A stretch of 64,000 nt of DNA from Candidatus Nanopelagicales bacterium (GTDB lineage Bacteria; Actinomycetota; Actinomycetes; S36-B12; UBA5976): NCBI GenBank assembly GCA_018402365.1, contig JAGYJD010000002.1:2859-66858 (forward strand), written 5' to 3'. This document shows, piece by piece, positions 53,245-64,000 of this stretch; position 1 is the stretch's first letter; each line of letters starts with the position of its first letter. Made by a program: the position numbers and the translations under genes. The notes beneath the pieces are model-generated. The model made no database searches, was not told the origin of the DNA, and was given only the letters and a program-made list of their open reading frames with translations.

Positions 53245-53483
53245 TCCTTATTCTTTTCGAAAAATTTTTGAACCAACATTTGCGCTAAAGCCAGCATGGT
53301 AGCAAGAGCAATGGCCCAGGTGAGGTTGTCTTTGAATGTGCCGGGCGATTTTTTGGTAGGCGGCTTACTTCCGGTTGCTTTAGAGTAAGTGGAAGCAGTA
53401 ATTTTTTTCGCTAATACTGCAGCCAAGGGATTAAGGATTGGCGTCAATAATTTAGCGCTAAATGACTGTGAACTCTTTACCAT
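53241..53483 (-). CDS. small membrane-associated protein (DUF4235-like)
   Basis: 80 aa with a KPPTKKSP..NLTWAIALATMLALAQ pattern. The assignment is tentative. Confidence 0.45.
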   Translation of the reverse strand: MVKSSQSFSAKLLTPILNPLAAVLAKKITASTYSKATGSKPPTKKSPGTFKDNLTWAIALATMLALAQMLVQKFFEKNKD

Positions 53484-53529
53484 AGCCAGTATTCTCGCAG
53501 AGAGCGAATAACTAAGGGAAGGGGCCAGA

Positions 53530-53964
53530 TTGATAGAGATTCAAATCGTCAAACTTGAGCCATCTGCCCAAATTCCCACGCAAGCTAACTCTGGTGATGC
53601 AGGTTTTGATCTTTATTCAGTGGAAGAAGTAACCCTCGCCCCATTTGAACGCAGTGCGGTGAGGACTGGAATCTCTATTGCGTTGCCAGCTTCTACGGTT
53701 GGATTAGTACATCCCCGCTCTGGGATGGCTTTGAATCATGGAATTGCGGTACTTAATTCACCTGGAACAATTGATTCGGGCTACAGAGGTGAAATAAAAG
53801 TTATTTTGATCAATTTGGATCCAAATAAAAGTTTTACAATTAAACCTAAAGACAGAATTGCTCAACTGGTGATTCAAGATTTTAAGAATGCTGAGTTTGC
53901 CTTAGTGGAAGAGTTACCAAATTCGAGTCGCGGTAGTAGCGGCTTTGGATCGACAGGAGCTTAG
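53530..53964 (+). CDS. dut: dUTP diphosphatase
   Basis: GDAGFDLYS, HPRSGMA, GTIDSGYRGEI and a C-terminal RGSSGFGSTG. TTG start. Confidence 0.92.
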   Translation: MIEIQIVKLEPSAQIPTQANSGDAGFDLYSVEEVTLAPFERSAVRTGISIALPASTVGLVHPRSGMALNHGIAVLNSPGTIDSGYRGEIKVILINLDPNKSFTIKPKDRIAQLVIQDFKNAEFALVEELPNSSRGSSGFGSTGA

Positions 53965-53966
53965 TC

Positions 53967-54350
53967 ATGGGTGAGCCAAAGCAAAACTTTTTGGTTAAAG
54001 TAATCGAGAATCTCACGCAACCGGATAATCAACTAGTTGCACAGGAATTATCTAAAGCTGCAACGGCTAGTGGCTCAACGCTGATTCAAGACTTAAAACG
54101 AGGTCAACTAATCCAGGTAAGCGGAGTCATAAATTCAGCCACTACCCGTCCTGAAAAATCTGTACCAGCTTATGAGATAGAAATTTTTGATGGCAGTGGA
54201 ATCATAAATGCGATTTGGTTGGGTCGAAGTGTCGTTAGGGGTGTGATCCCTGGAAAATACATTGCAGTAGAGGGCAGGATTACTTTTTTGAGTGCTAGGC
54301 CAACTATCTATAATCCCTACTACACCTTATTAAGCAGAGAAAATGACTGA
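53967..54350 (+). CDS. OB-fold domain protein (Rv2694c type)
   Basis: 127 aa with IFDGSGIINAIWLGRSVVRGVIPGKYIAVEGRI...YNPYYTLL. Its position between dut and DUF3159 fits. Confidence 0.65.
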   Translation: MGEPKQNFLVKVIENLTQPDNQLVAQELSKAATASGSTLIQDLKRGQLIQVSGVINSATTRPEKSVPAYEIEIFDGSGIINAIWLGRSVVRGVIPGKYIAVEGRITFLSARPTIYNPYYTLLSREND

Positions 54351-54954
54351 ACAAGATCCTGATCGTCAGCTTTTCGAAAAAGCTTTGGGCGGTTGGCGCG
54401 GCTTATTAGATTCAGGATTACCTGCGGCAATTTTTTTAATTCTTTATTTACCTAGCAGAAATCTAGAACTTGCCCTTTATGCCGCCTTGGCAATAGGTGT
54501 GGCAATTTTTATCTGGCGCTTAATTAGAAGAGAGTCACTCTCACAGGTGATAGCAGGATTTGTGGGATTAGGTATTTCAGTGTTCATCACCTATCGCACC
54601 AATAATGCCGCAAACTTTTTCTTAACTGGATTGGTTACGAATGCAATCTATGGTGCAGTATTTGCTGGCTCTATTTTTATTAAAAAACCCTTGATGGGTT
54701 ATTTAATCGGAGCGTTAAGTGGAGACACTAAGGCCTGGTTGAATACGCCAGCCTTAAGAAGAATTTCTATAAATTTAACTTGGTTTTGGGTAGGTTTGTT
54801 TTCAATTCGCTTATTGGTTCAGCTTCCGCTTTACTTCAATCAAGCGGTCGGATGGCTTGGCACTGCTCGACTTTTTATGGGTTGGCCACTTTATCTACTA
54901 GCGGTTTACTTCACTTATCGAATAGCTAAGACAGCCCGCGATACTTATCTTTAA
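54343..54954 (+). CDS. DUF3159 family membrane protein
   Basis: LGGWRGLLDSGLPAAIFLILY N-terminus, 5-6 TM helices, and a position next to ceoC (Rv2693c type). Confidence 0.65.
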   Translation: MTEQDPDRQLFEKALGGWRGLLDSGLPAAIFLILYLPSRNLELALYAALAIGVAIFIWRLIRRESLSQVIAGFVGLGISVFITYRTNNAANFFLTGLVTNAIYGAVFAGSIFIKKPLMGYLIGALSGDTKAWLNTPALRRISINLTWFWVGLFSIRLLVQLPLYFNQAVGWLGTARLFMGWPLYLLAVYFTYRIAKTARDTYL

Positions 54955-55610
54955 TTCTTGCAGAGTATCTTTTTTAGTACTTCAATTTGATCACTTCGTG
55001 TCACGATGATTAATTCATCACCAATTTCTAGTGGATCATCTTGGTGAGGGGTAATTACATGACTGTCTCGCAAAATAGCAACTAGCGATGAATCAGGCGG
55101 CCACTCAACTGCACCCACGCGGGAGCCAATTACTGGTGAGTCAGCTGGAAGTGTGACTTCAACTAAGTCGGCTGCACCTTGGCGAAGCGAAAATAACTTA
55201 ACTAACTGACCAACACTTACTGCTTCTTCTACTAAAGCTGTCATCATCTGTGGCGTTGATACTGCAAAATCCACACCCCAAGCTTCGTCAAACATCCATT
55301 CGTTTTTCGGGTGATTCACTCGCGCCACCACTTTTGGTACGCCGTACTCAGTTTTTGCCAGCAGCGACACAACCAAGTTCACTTTGTCATCCCCAGTTGC
55401 CGCTACCACAATTTGGGCATTTGCTAAATCTGCTTTATCCAATGCGTCGGGCTCACAGGCGTCGGCTAAAACTACAGTTGCCCCGTAACTGCGGGCGCGC
55501 TCTGTCTCTTCAGCTTTTTCATCTATCACTGTTACCTTGTGCCCGTTGCCAATCAAATCTCGAGCAATAGCCTTACCAACGTTGCCAGCACCTGCGATCA
55601 CAATATGCAT
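54951..55610 (-). CDS. trkA: TrkA-family K+ uptake regulatory protein (CeoC position)
   Basis: An NAD fold MHIVIAGAGNVGKAIA plus a TrkA_C domain; 219 aa. Confidence 0.85.
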   Translation of the reverse strand: MHIVIAGAGNVGKAIARDLIGNGHKVTVIDEKAEETERARSYGATVVLADACEPDALDKADLANAQIVVAATGDDKVNLVVSLLAKTEYGVPKVVARVNHPKNEWMFDEAWGVDFAVSTPQMMTALVEEAVSVGQLVKLFSLRQGAADLVEVTLPADSPVIGSRVGAVEWPPDSSLVAILRDSHVITPHQDDPLEIGDELIIVTRSDQIEVLKKILCKN

Positions 55611-55612
55611 TT

Positions 55613-56272
55613 TTATCCTTGGGGGCCGCTAGTGAAAATTTGCTGAACTTGGTCTTTGTCTTCTATTTTGAAAATCGCATGAACCAAGTCGCCTTCTTGC
55701 AAAATGGTGTTTCGGTCTGGCAAGAGTCCGTTACCAAATCTGGTTAATAATGCCACCCGAACATTTGCCGTCTCTGAAAGTTCGCCAACTTTTTTACCAA
55801 TCCAATTTGGTGAGAGATATACCTCTGCTAACACCACAGAACCAGATGGATCCCGCCATTCCTCGTGCGCACCTAGCGGTAACAATCTTCTTAAAACTTG
55901 TTCGGTAGTCCAAGCTACAGACGCGATTGTCGGGATTCCAAGTTTTTCATACACATCAGCTCGTCGCGGATCGTAAATACGAGCTACTACCTCTGGCACT
56001 TTAAAGGTATCTCGAGCAACCCGAGCTGAGAGAATATTTGAGTTATCGCCACTTGAAACTGCAGCAAACGCTTGAGCTTTTTCGATCCCCGCCTCAATCA
56101 AAGTATCACGATCAAAGCCCACACCCTTGATGGTTTGTCCTGAAAAATCATCGCCCAACTTAACAAAAGCGCCAGAATTTTTATCAATTACTGCCACGCT
56201 ATGGCCTAATTGAATTAATCTACTTGCCAGCGCGGATCCAACTCTTCCGCAACCCATGATTACAACGTGCAA
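55613..56272 (-). CDS. trkA: TrkA-family K+ uptake regulatory protein (CeoB position)
   Basis: An NAD fold VVIMGCGRVGSALA plus a TrkA_C domain; 219 aa. It lies 2 nt upstream of its paralog. Confidence 0.85.
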   Translation of the reverse strand: MHVVIMGCGRVGSALASRLIQLGHSVAVIDKNSGAFVKLGDDFSGQTIKGVGFDRDTLIEAGIEKAQAFAAVSSGDNSNILSARVARDTFKVPEVVARIYDPRRADVYEKLGIPTIASVAWTTEQVLRRLLPLGAHEEWRDPSGSVVLAEVYLSPNWIGKKVGELSETANVRVALLTRFGNGLLPDRNTILQEGDLVHAIFKIEDKDQVQQIFTSGPQG

Positions 56273-56323
56273 AATACCTCTTTTTTCTGAGGATTAACTG
56301 GTTCCTACGGTACCTCAATCAAT

Positions 56324-58339
56324 GTGAGCAGTACAACCAATGGTGGCGTAGTGTTTCACTTTGTGGCTTTAATTACGACCGCCGTTAAGCGGGTGCTTTT
56401 AGGTCGAGCGATGCGTAGCGACAAATTGCGCGATCAATTGCTTCCTAAGCGAATTGCCCTACCTGTTTTCTCATCTGACGCCTTGAGCTCTAATGCCTAC
56501 GCTACTCAAGAAATTATTTTGGTTTTAAGTCTGGGTGGAATCCTCTTTCTTCATTACTCGATGTGGATTGGTGTTGCGGTTGCCTTTGTTATGGGAATCG
56601 TGGTTATGAGCTACCGACAGAATGTGCATGCCTACCCGAGCGGTGGCGGCGATTACGAAAACGTGACAAAAAATTTAGGAAAAACTCCTGGGCTAATCGT
56701 GGCTAGTTCCCTCTTAATTGATTACGTAGTAACGGTAGCGGTATCAATTGCAGCAGCAGTAGCAAATTTAAGATCGGGTTTTAATATTTTTGACCAATAC
56801 ACTTTGCTGCTCGCTATGGCTTTAATTATTCTTTTAACGCTATTTAATCTTCGAGGTATTAAGCAAGCCGGCGCAATGTTTGCGATACCAACCTACGCTT
56901 TTATTTTTTCATTAGCCGCCATGGTTTTGTGGGGATTAGTGAGAGTACTGCGCGGAGATACGCTGCGGGCAGAAAGCGCAGAATGGACCATCATTGAAAC
57001 TGACAGCTTTACCGGCTTTGCCTTAGCTTTTTTAATTGCACGTGCCTTTGCGGCTGGATCAACTGCCTTAGCTGGAATAGAAGCTGTGGCCAACGGGGTG
57101 CCCGCTTTTAGAAAGCCCAAGAGTAAAAATGCTGCCACGACACTGCTTTTACTCGGCCTTATTTCAAGTGCGATGTTTCTATCCATCACTTTTTTGGCAC
57201 AACTAACTCAGGTGAGAATTACCAGTGACAACGCCCGGTTGATAGGGATCGAAGAGGGTTATGTTCAAAAAACAGTTATTGTTCAGATCTCTGAAGCAGT
57301 TTTTAGTGAATTTAGATTTGGAACAATTCTAGTTACTATCACTACCGCCCTAATTCTGATTTTGGCTGCAAATATTGCCTATACCGGTTTTCCAGTACTG
57401 GCCAGTGTCTTGGCGCAAGATAAGTATCTTCCTCGACAAATGCACACGCGCGGTGATCGCTTAGCTTTTAGTAACGGAATTTTGATTCTTTCCGTGAGCG
57501 CCGCTTTGATTATTTTTGCCTTCGAGGGCTCGGTAACTCGGATTATCCAGCTCTACATCATCGGTATATTCACAGCGTTCACCTTGGGTCAAACTGGCAT
57601 GGTGATTCACTGGAACCGAGCACTGCGCTCTATTAAAAATGTGAACGAAAGAAAAGCTATTTTGCGTTCTCGCTCAATTAACATAACTGGTTTACTACTT
57701 ACTGGAAGCGTCTTGTTAGTTGTGGTGACAACTAAGTTCACGCAAGGTGCTTGGATCGTGGTTGCTGCGATTCCAATTTTGATGGGACTAATGACACTCA
57801 TTAAGTCTCATTATGATTCCATAAATCGAGAATTAACACTCGAGGATGATGAAGCGCAAACTTTCCCCAGTCGAATCCATGCGATTGTTTTGGTCTCGAA
57901 AGTTCATAAGCCCACCATGCGAGCGGTTTACTACGCTCGTGCAACTAGACCGAACAACATTGAGGCAGTTACAGTCAACGTTTCAGAAAGCGAAACTCAG
58001 GAACTGCAGCGGGTATGGCAAGATAAATCAATTCCAATTCCTTTAAAGGTATTAGATTCTCCATTTCGTGAGATCACACGGCCCGTAATTGATTACGTGA
58101 AGCACCTTCGTCGCCAAAGCCCACGAGATGTTGTCACCATTTTTATTCCAGAGTATGTAGTGGGACACTGGTGGGAGCAGCTCTTGCATAATCAATCCGC
58201 TCTCAGACTCAAAACTCGATTACTCTTTACTCCCGGTGTGATGGTGGTAAGCGTTCCTTGGCAATTGATTTCTAGCGAAAAAGCTGCATTACGGGCAGAA
58301 AGTGAAAAGCAAGTTCCGATCAGACCAGATTCAAATTGA
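56324..58339 (+). CDS. APC-superfamily permease with a long cytoplasmic C-terminal domain (Rv2690c type)
   Basis: 671 aa with about 12 TM helices followed by a soluble tail of about 190 aa. GTG start. Confidence 0.72.
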   Translation: MSSTTNGGVVFHFVALITTAVKRVLLGRAMRSDKLRDQLLPKRIALPVFSSDALSSNAYATQEIILVLSLGGILFLHYSMWIGVAVAFVMGIVVMSYRQNVHAYPSGGGDYENVTKNLGKTPGLIVASSLLIDYVVTVAVSIAAAVANLRSGFNIFDQYTLLLAMALIILLTLFNLRGIKQAGAMFAIPTYAFIFSLAAMVLWGLVRVLRGDTLRAESAEWTIIETDSFTGFALAFLIARAFAAGSTALAGIEAVANGVPAFRKPKSKNAATTLLLLGLISSAMFLSITFLAQLTQVRITSDNARLIGIEEGYVQKTVIVQISEAVFSEFRFGTILVTITTALILILAANIAYTGFPVLASVLAQDKYLPRQMHTRGDRLAFSNGILILSVSAALIIFAFEGSVTRIIQLYIIGIFTAFTLGQTGMVIHWNRALRSIKNVNERKAILRSRSINITGLLLTGSVLLVVVTTKFTQGAWIVVAAIPILMGLMTLIKSHYDSINRELTLEDDEAQTFPSRIHAIVLVSKVHKPTMRAVYYARATRPNNIEAVTVNVSESETQELQRVWQDKSIPIPLKVLDSPFREITRPVIDYVKHLRRQSPRDVVTIFIPEYVVGHWWEQLLHNQSALRLKTRLLFTPGVMVVSVPWQLISSEKAALRAESEKQVPIRPDSN

Positions 58340-59493
58340 AAATTGGCGACGAAGTTACCGTTAGAACAGAAGCCGTAGCGCACGGTGGATTTGTGGTGGC
58401 GCGCAGCAATGGGATTGTGCTGTTTGTGCGGCTAGCACTACCAGATGAACTAGTAAAAGTAAAAATTATTAAGTCGGCGCCCGGTGGTCGCGCTTGGGTT
58501 GGCGAAGCGATCGAAATTCTTGAAGCAAGCCCTTATCGAATTACGCCAAGGTGTGAGTACTTTAAAGCATCGGGCTGCGGCGGCTGTGATTTTCAACATT
58601 CCACAATTGATTATCAACTCGAGATGAAAAAGTTTGTTCTTATCGAACAAATGCAACGTTTAGCAAAATTAGAGGTGGGCGAATTAATACAGACTCATCA
58701 ACTCTCACCTAAAGATTTTAATTGGCGAAGCAAAGTGCGATTAGCTCCGAATGATGCTGGCTTTTTAGGATATCGAAAATTTCGCTCTCACGAAATAATT
58801 AATATCGAAAATTGCCCGATTGCAATTGAACCGATTAATCAAAAAATTAAACAGTTATCGCAAGAGAAATTTAGAAAAGAACAGATTTTTGTTTTGCAAA
58901 ACCAGCTCATCAAGCAGGTTAATGAAAAGAGTGACACTCAAGTTTCCACCACACTGCTCGGTGTGGAATTTACTCATATGGCTTCTGGATTTTGGCAGTC
59001 GCATTTGCAAGCAGCTGAAAAACTGGCTTCGTTGGTGTTAGCAAAAGTTGAATTTCAAGCACGAGCTTTAGATCTTTATGCAGGAGTTGGGGTTTTTGGA
59101 CGATTACTTATTGAGCAACAAAAAATTAGCAAACTTGATTCAGTCGAGCTCGATAAAGCTGCTACCAAATGTGCAATTAGAAATTTTAGAGGCCTAGCAA
59201 ATGCTCGTGCCATAAGCGATCGTGCTGAGAGATTTTTGCTAAACACAGACCAAAAGTATGACTTAGTGATTTTGGATCCACCTCGAAAAGGCTTGGGGGA
59301 GGCAGCAGCTCAGCGCTTAGCCAAAGTCGCTACCTCACAAATCATCTACGTGGCCTGCGATCCAGCCTCACTGGCAAGAGACAGCAGAGTATTGATCACA
59401 GCCGGGTGGCACTTATCACAATTAGATTTAGTGGATGCCTTTCCGCAAACTCATCATTTAGAAACCGTGGCAGTTTTTTCATCCGAGGAATAG
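58336..59493 (+). CDS. TRAM-domain class I SAM-dependent RNA (uracil-5) methyltransferase (RumA/TrmA family)
   Basis: An N-terminal TRAM domain, a Cys cluster (CEYFKASGCGGCDFQH), a SAM site LDLYAGVG, DPPRKG, and the catalytic YVACDP. Confidence 0.8.
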   Translation: MKIGDEVTVRTEAVAHGGFVVARSNGIVLFVRLALPDELVKVKIIKSAPGGRAWVGEAIEILEASPYRITPRCEYFKASGCGGCDFQHSTIDYQLEMKKFVLIEQMQRLAKLEVGELIQTHQLSPKDFNWRSKVRLAPNDAGFLGYRKFRSHEIINIENCPIAIEPINQKIKQLSQEKFRKEQIFVLQNQLIKQVNEKSDTQVSTTLLGVEFTHMASGFWQSHLQAAEKLASLVLAKVEFQARALDLYAGVGVFGRLLIEQQKISKLDSVELDKAATKCAIRNFRGLANARAISDRAERFLLNTDQKYDLVILDPPRKGLGEAAAQRLAKVATSQIIYVACDPASLARDSRVLITAGWHLSQLDLVDAFPQTHHLETVAVFSSEE

Positions 59494-59541
59494 TTTTTGT
59501 TGCCTGCTAGGATTTACTCGTAATTAAGTGATGGAGCAAAT

Positions 59542-62196
59542 TTGAGTCTGGATTCTTTCAAAACCAAGCGTGACCTGACAATAGGTGAACGTACAGTCAC
59601 GATTTTCGATCTGACTAAAATTGAAAGAGCAAATCAGCTTCCCTTTAGCCTTAAAATTCTTTTAGAAAATTTACTTCGCAAAGAAGACGGCTTTAATGTA
59701 ACGCAAGAGCACATACAAGCTTTGATCAACTGGAATCCCCATCAGGAGCCAGATACAGAAATTCCTTACACACCTGCGCGAGTAATCCTGCAAGATTTTA
59801 CCGGGGTTCCAGCAATTGTTGATTTGGCCACGATGCGAGAAGCGATGGCAGACTTGTCAAAAGATCCGCAGTTAGTTAATCCGTTAGCCCCCGCAGAACT
59901 AGTGATTGATCACTCGGTGATTGCAGACGCTTTTGGCTCATCAGCCGCGTTCGGGATCAATGTTGATTTGGAATATCAAAGAAATCTTGAGCGCTATCAA
60001 TTCTTACGCTGGGGCCAAGGTTCATTTTCTGAATTTAAAGTCGTTCCACCTGGAACAGGAATTGTGCATCAGGTAAATATCGAGAATTTAGCAAGGGTTA
60101 TTTTTGAAAAAGATGGGATGGCTTATCCCGACACATTAGTAGGCACGGATTCTCACACCACAATGGTGAATGGTCTAGGTGTTTTAGGTTGGGGAGTAGG
60201 TGGAATCGAAGCTGAAGCAGCCATGCTGGGTCAGCCGGTGAGCATGTTGATCCCCAAGGTGGTTGGTTTTAAATTAACCGGCGCCTTAAGAGAAGGCGTT
60301 ACTGCCACAGACCTAGTTTTAACAATTACCGAAATTCTTCGTAAGCATAAAGTTGTAGGCAAGTTCGTTGAATTTTATGGCGAAGGTTGCCTTTCAATCC
60401 CGTTAGCTAATCGTGCCACCATCGGAAACATGAGTCCCGAATATGGGTCAACTGTTGCGATTTTTCCAATCGATTACCAAACAATTGATTATCTAAGATT
60501 TACCGGACGCTCAGAGTCGCACTTAGCGCTAATTGAAAGTTATGCAAAGGCACAAGGCATGTGGTTAGACCCGCAACACACTCCGCTTTTTAGTGAGCAA
60601 CTTGAGTTAGATTTGGCCTCAGTTGAACCCAGCATTGCCGGCCCACGTCGTCCGCAAGATCGAATTAATCTAAAAGATGCCAAGACTAGTTTTGAAAAAG
60701 TTTTACCTGAATTTACAGAAGAAGTTGCAAAGTCTGCTCAGGTCTCTTTGACAGGCGAGAATTTTGTTCTTAATCACGGCGCGGTAGTAATTGCAGCTAT
60801 AACCTCTTGCACTAATACTTCGAATCCTGAAGTAATGATTGGTGCAGGAATTTTAGCAAAAAAAGCTGTTGAAAAAGGATTAACTAGAAAGCCGTGGGTC
60901 AAAACCACCCTGGCACCAGGCTCGCAAGTGGTAACCGACTACTACCTGAAAGCTGGATTAACTCCTTATCTCGAAAAGTTGGGATTTGACTTAGTTGGTT
61001 ACGGCTGCACGACCTGCATCGGTAACAGCGGCCCTTTGCCTGCAGAAATATCTGAAGCCGTAAATCAAAAGGATCTATCGGTTGCAGCAGTGTTAAGTGG
61101 AAACCGAAACTTTGAAGGTCGTATTAATCCAGATGTAAAAATGAATTACCTGGCCTCACCCCCGCTAGTGGTGGCTTATGCGATCAGCGGAACTATGAAT
61201 ATTGATTTAACTCGTGAGCCGCTCGGGCTTGATTTTGAAGGTAATCCAGTTTTTTTAAAGGACATTTGGCCTACCACTGACGAAATCACTGAAACAATTC
61301 GCTCTGCAATTGATCAAGAAATGTTTACTAAGCGATATGCGGATGTTTTTAAAGGGGACGAAAGATGGCAATCGCTTTCGACTCCTACTGGGGCAATTTT
61401 TGATTGGGATCAAAACAGCACTTATGTGCGCAAGGCTCCTTATTTTGACAACATGCCCATTAAGCCAGAGGCGGTTTCTGATGTTTCGGGTGCAAGAGTT
61501 TTGGCGTGGTTAGGCGACTCGGTTACCACCGATCACATCTCACCAGCCGGAAACATTAAAGCTGACAGTCCTGCCGGAAGGTATTTAACGGAAAATTCAA
61601 TAGCTAATAAAGATTTTAATTCTTATGGCTCAAGGCGAGGTAACCATGAAGTTATGATTCGCGGAACTTTTGCCAACATTCGACTCAGAAATAAATTAGT
61701 GCCTGGAGTCGAGGGTGGGTTTACTAAGAATTTTCTAAACAATGAAACCGTCACAATTTATGAAGCGTCAGAGGCTTATAAAGCTAAACAAGTACCGTTA
61801 GTTATTTTTGCTGGGCAAGAGTATGGTTCAGGTTCTTCCCGAGATTGGGCCGCAAAGGGCACCTCGCTTTTAGGTGTGAAAGCAGTTATTGCTGAGTCTT
61901 ATGAACGAATCCATCGCAGCAATTTAGTGGGAATGGGCGTTTTACCTCTGCAATTTAAAGAAGATCAGACGCCAGATAATTTAGGCCTCACAGGTGAAGA
62001 AGAAATCTCAATCCAAGGGATTACCGAATTAAATTTAGGAGCCATTCCTGAATTAGTTGCAGTCACTGCTAAAAAGCTAAATGGTGAAGTAATTACCTTT
62101 CAAGCCAAGGTTCGAATTGATACCCCAGGAGAAGCTGAATATTTTCGCCATGGTGGTATTTTACTTTACGTGTTACGTCAGTTAGCCGGAATTTAG
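59542..62196 (+). CDS. acnA: aconitate hydratase A
   Basis: 884 aa with GTDSHTTM, Fe-S ligands in [10 protein letters not shown] and [10 protein letters not shown], and a C-terminal swivel domain. TTG start. Confidence 0.95.
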   Translation: MSLDSFKTKRDLTIGERTVTIFDLTKIERANQLPFSLKILLENLLRKEDGFNVTQEHIQALINWNPHQEPDTEIPYTPARVILQDFTGVPAIVDLATMREAMADLSKDPQLVNPLAPAELVIDHSVIADAFGSSAAFGINVDLEYQRNLERYQFLRWGQGSFSEFKVVPPGTGIVHQVNIENLARVIFEKDGMAYPDTLVGTDSHTTMVNGLGVLGWGVGGIEAEAAMLGQPVSMLIPKVVGFKLTGALREGVTATDLVLTITEILRKHKVVGKFVEFYGEGCLSIPLANRATIGNMSPEYGSTVAIFPIDYQTIDYLRFTGRSESHLALIESYAKAQGMWLDPQHTPLFSEQLELDLASVEPSIAGPRRPQDRINLKDAKTSFEKVLPEFTEEVAKSAQVSLTGENFVLNHGAVVIAAITSCTNTSNPEVMIGAGILAKKAVEKGLTRKPWVKTTLAPGSQVVTDYYLKAGLTPYLEKLGFDLVGYGCTTCIGNSGPLPAEISEAVNQKDLSVAAVLSGNRNFEGRINPDVKMNYLASPPLVVAYAISGTMNIDLTREPLGLDFEGNPVFLKDIWPTTDEITETIRSAIDQEMFTKRYADVFKGDERWQSLSTPTGAIFDWDQNSTYVRKAPYFDNMPIKPEAVSDVSGARVLAWLGDSVTTDHISPAGNIKADSPAGRYLTENSIANKDFNSYGSRRGNHEVMIRGTFANIRLRNKLVPGVEGGFTKNFLNNETVTIYEASEAYKAKQVPLVIFAGQEYGSGSSRDWAAKGTSLLGVKAVIAESYERIHRSNLVGMGVLPLQFKEDQTPDNLGLTGEEEISIQGITELNLGAIPELVAVTAKKLNGEVITFQAKVRIDTPGEAEYFRHGGILLYVLRQLAGI

Positions 62197-63212
62197 TTTT
62201 TGCTAAAAAAACGCAAAGGGCCTTTTTGTTTAGCATTCACCCTGTCACCAACTTTAACCGCAACTGGAGCAGCTACTCGCGCTGAAACTTTTATTTTATT
62301 TGCTAATTCGAGATGAATCAGTGCATCATGTCCAAAATATTCAATTTCAGAAACTTTGGCATTTGACTTTTCTTTTTTGAATGAAATTTCAATTTCTTCA
62401 GGTCGAATAATCACATTCCCGCTTTCACCACGCAAGGGCTTGGTGGCAGAGAGAGCTGTGTAGATCTTGCCAGCTTTAGTTTTTATTGCTGGAACGATCA
62501 AGGCGTCACCGGTACTAATAGCGGTTTCGAGACCTGAGGGGTTGTTGTAAACGTCTTGTGGAGAGCCCAATTGAACAATTTTTCCATTTTTCATGGGTGC
62601 TATCAAATCAGCCATAACTAAAGCTTCTTCTCTATCATGTGTTACTAGCAAAGTCGTAGTTTTGCTATCTTTTAAAATCTTTTTAATCTCGTACCGAAGT
62701 TCTTCTCTGAGCTGTGCATCGAGTGAAGAAAACGGTTCATCTAACAGCATCACATTCGGCGCGGGAGCTAAAGCACGGGCAATGGCAACTCGGAACTGCT
62801 GGCCACCGCTGAGTTGATGGGGAAGGCGATTTTTAAAATCCGCAAGTCCTACTAAGTCGAGCATTTCTGCTATTCGCTTGTGCGAATCTTTACCTTTTGC
62901 CAAACCAAATCCTACGTTTTTAGATACTGAAAGGTGCGGAAACAAGGCTCCTTCTTGAGGAACGTAACCAACATTGCGACGCTCCGGCGGCACTTGCACA
63001 CTAGAAACGCTCATCAAGGTAGAGCCGAATCTGATAGTTCCTGCTTTAGGTGCCACAAAACCGGCAATTGACCTAAGCAAGGTTGATTTTCCGCAACCAG
63101 AAGGGCCCAGCACCGCAACTAAATTTTGCGTTGGAACAAATAATGAAAGTTCGTTCAATACTCGAGTGGTTCCGTAATAAACGGTGAGCCCATCAATGCG
63201 GATGTCGGTCAT
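62193..63212 (-). CDS. ABC importer ATP-binding protein (Fe3+/polyamine type, with C-terminal TOBE-like domain)
   Basis: Walker [10 protein letters not shown], signature [12 protein letters not shown], and Walker [12 protein letters not shown]. Confidence 0.85.
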   Translation of the reverse strand: MTDIRIDGLTVYYGTTRVLNELSLFVPTQNLVAVLGPSGCGKSTLLRSIAGFVAPKAGTIRFGSTLMSVSSVQVPPERRNVGYVPQEGALFPHLSVSKNVGFGLAKGKDSHKRIAEMLDLVGLADFKNRLPHQLSGGQQFRVAIARALAPAPNVMLLDEPFSSLDAQLREELRYEIKKILKDSKTTTLLVTHDREEALVMADLIAPMKNGKIVQLGSPQDVYNNPSGLETAISTGDALIVPAIKTKAGKIYTALSATKPLRGESGNVIIRPEEIEISFKKEKSNAKVSEIEYFGHDALIHLELANKIKVSARVAAPVAVKVGDRVNAKQKGPLRFFSKN

Positions 63213-64000
63213 AGGTCTTTATTCTCTCTCATCACTTCTCGCTCTGCCAGATTTGGCCTATTGAGCAAATAGGACGGAATAGAAGCAATCAAAACAAGAG
63301 CTAAAGCAAAGGGAGCGGCTTGAGAATACTGAGAAATTGAGGTAGCGGTCCAAAGTGAAGTAGAGAGTGTTTCAAAACCGGTGGGTTTTAACATTAAAGT
63401 CGCCGGGAGTTCTTTCATGGCAGTTACGAAAACTAAAAGCCAGCCTGCAAATATCCCTGGGGTGGCGATTGGCAAAATTACTCGGCGCAGAGTTTGGCTA
63501 TAGGTTTGACCTAAACTTCGCGCAACTTCATCTAAACGCATTGGAATTTTTTCCAAACTACTTCTCACCGAACCCAAAGAATTTGCAATAAAGAGCAGTG
63601 CATAAGCGAACGCTAAAAGATAGATTGTCTGATACAAACCTGATAGGTATCTAGCCCCTAAGGCAACTAAGGCGAGACCTACCACCACACCAGGTAAAGC
63701 ATGAGTCACCAAGAGGCTATTTTCAATTACTTGTGCAAAGCGAGATTTGAAACGAGCACTCAAGATTCCAACTGGGATTGCCAAAAGTAGGGCCACCGAC
63801 GCACCCAGAAAAGCTACCAATGCAGTATTTGAAATTACCGAAATTAAGTTGCCTATATTTATTGAGTTACCTACAGAAATTGACCTAGAGATTAAAACAT
63901 AGCCAGGGATAACCAAGGTAGCAAAATAGATGCTTAACACAAATAAAAACGCTAAGTGGCGATAGTTACCTATCGCTAATACTCCGCCGCTACGCCCCTG
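63209..64000 (-). CDS. ABC importer permease (FbpB-like), partial; the 5' end lies outside the window
   Basis: The frame stays open from 63940 to the window edge. It has the MetI-type EAA loop region (DEVARSLGQTYSQTLRRVILP) and overlaps the ATPase gene by 4 nt. Confidence 0.75.
   Translation of the reverse strand, partial: QGRSGGVLAIGNYRHLAFLFVLSIYFATLVIPGYVLISRSISVGNSINIGNLISVISNTALVAFLGASVALLLAIPVGILSARFKSRFAQVIENSLLVTHALPGVVVGLALVALGARYLSGLYQTIYLLAFAYALLFIANSLGSVRSSLEKIPMRLDEVARSLGQTYSQTLRRVILPIATPGIFAGWLLVFVTAMKELPATLMLKPTGFETLSTSLWTATSISQYSQAAPFALALVLIASIPSYLLNRPNLAEREVMRENKDL

Overview
This window is chromosomal core DNA from a low-GC, highly streamlined actinobacterium. The taxon is inferred from gene content and gene order; an acI/Nanopelagicales-like freshwater lineage is a guess. 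Three blocks that are conserved in Mycobacterium and Streptomyces lie side by side. Block 1 is trpS, an Sdh1-type sdhCAB operon, accA3, maf-accE-accD5, birA and purK-purE. Block 2 is a wall-glycopolymer locus with two LCP ligases, two GT2 enzymes, an ABC-2 exporter, a CDP-alcohol transferase, DUF3048 and manC. It continues with whiB-DUF3499-manB-Trm112-manA-ahcY, mtrA-mtrB-lpqB-comF-hpf-secA-Rv3235. Block 3 is sepH, suhB, DUF4193, dut, OB-fold, DUF3159, ceoC/ceoB, an APC permease, an RNA methyltransferase, acnA and an iron-type ABC importer. I call about 67 CDS. Coding density is extreme: all 12 convergent gene junctions overlap or leave a gap of 3 nt or less, and many same-strand junctions overlap by 4 nt. 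TTG and GTG starts are frequent. I saw no rRNA, tRNA, IS element, integrase, prophage or CRISPR array. The best candidate for an undescribed system is a tightly coupled three-gene module at 39.1-41.5 kb. It encodes a tandem-barrel protein, a SAF/CpaB-like membrane protein and a TadZ/Ssd-like pseudo-ATPase, with no Tad secretion machinery nearby. Other notable items are a 300-bp structured, GC-enriched non-coding region upstream of a short hpf, and a GyrA/ParC-like subunit that ends exactly at the NTD/CTD boundary downstream of sepH. Also notable are a TAGG/palindrome-rich intergenic region and a CDP-alcohol transferase with an altered catalytic motif. All functional calls rest on motif recognition and synteny by eye. 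No database search was run.
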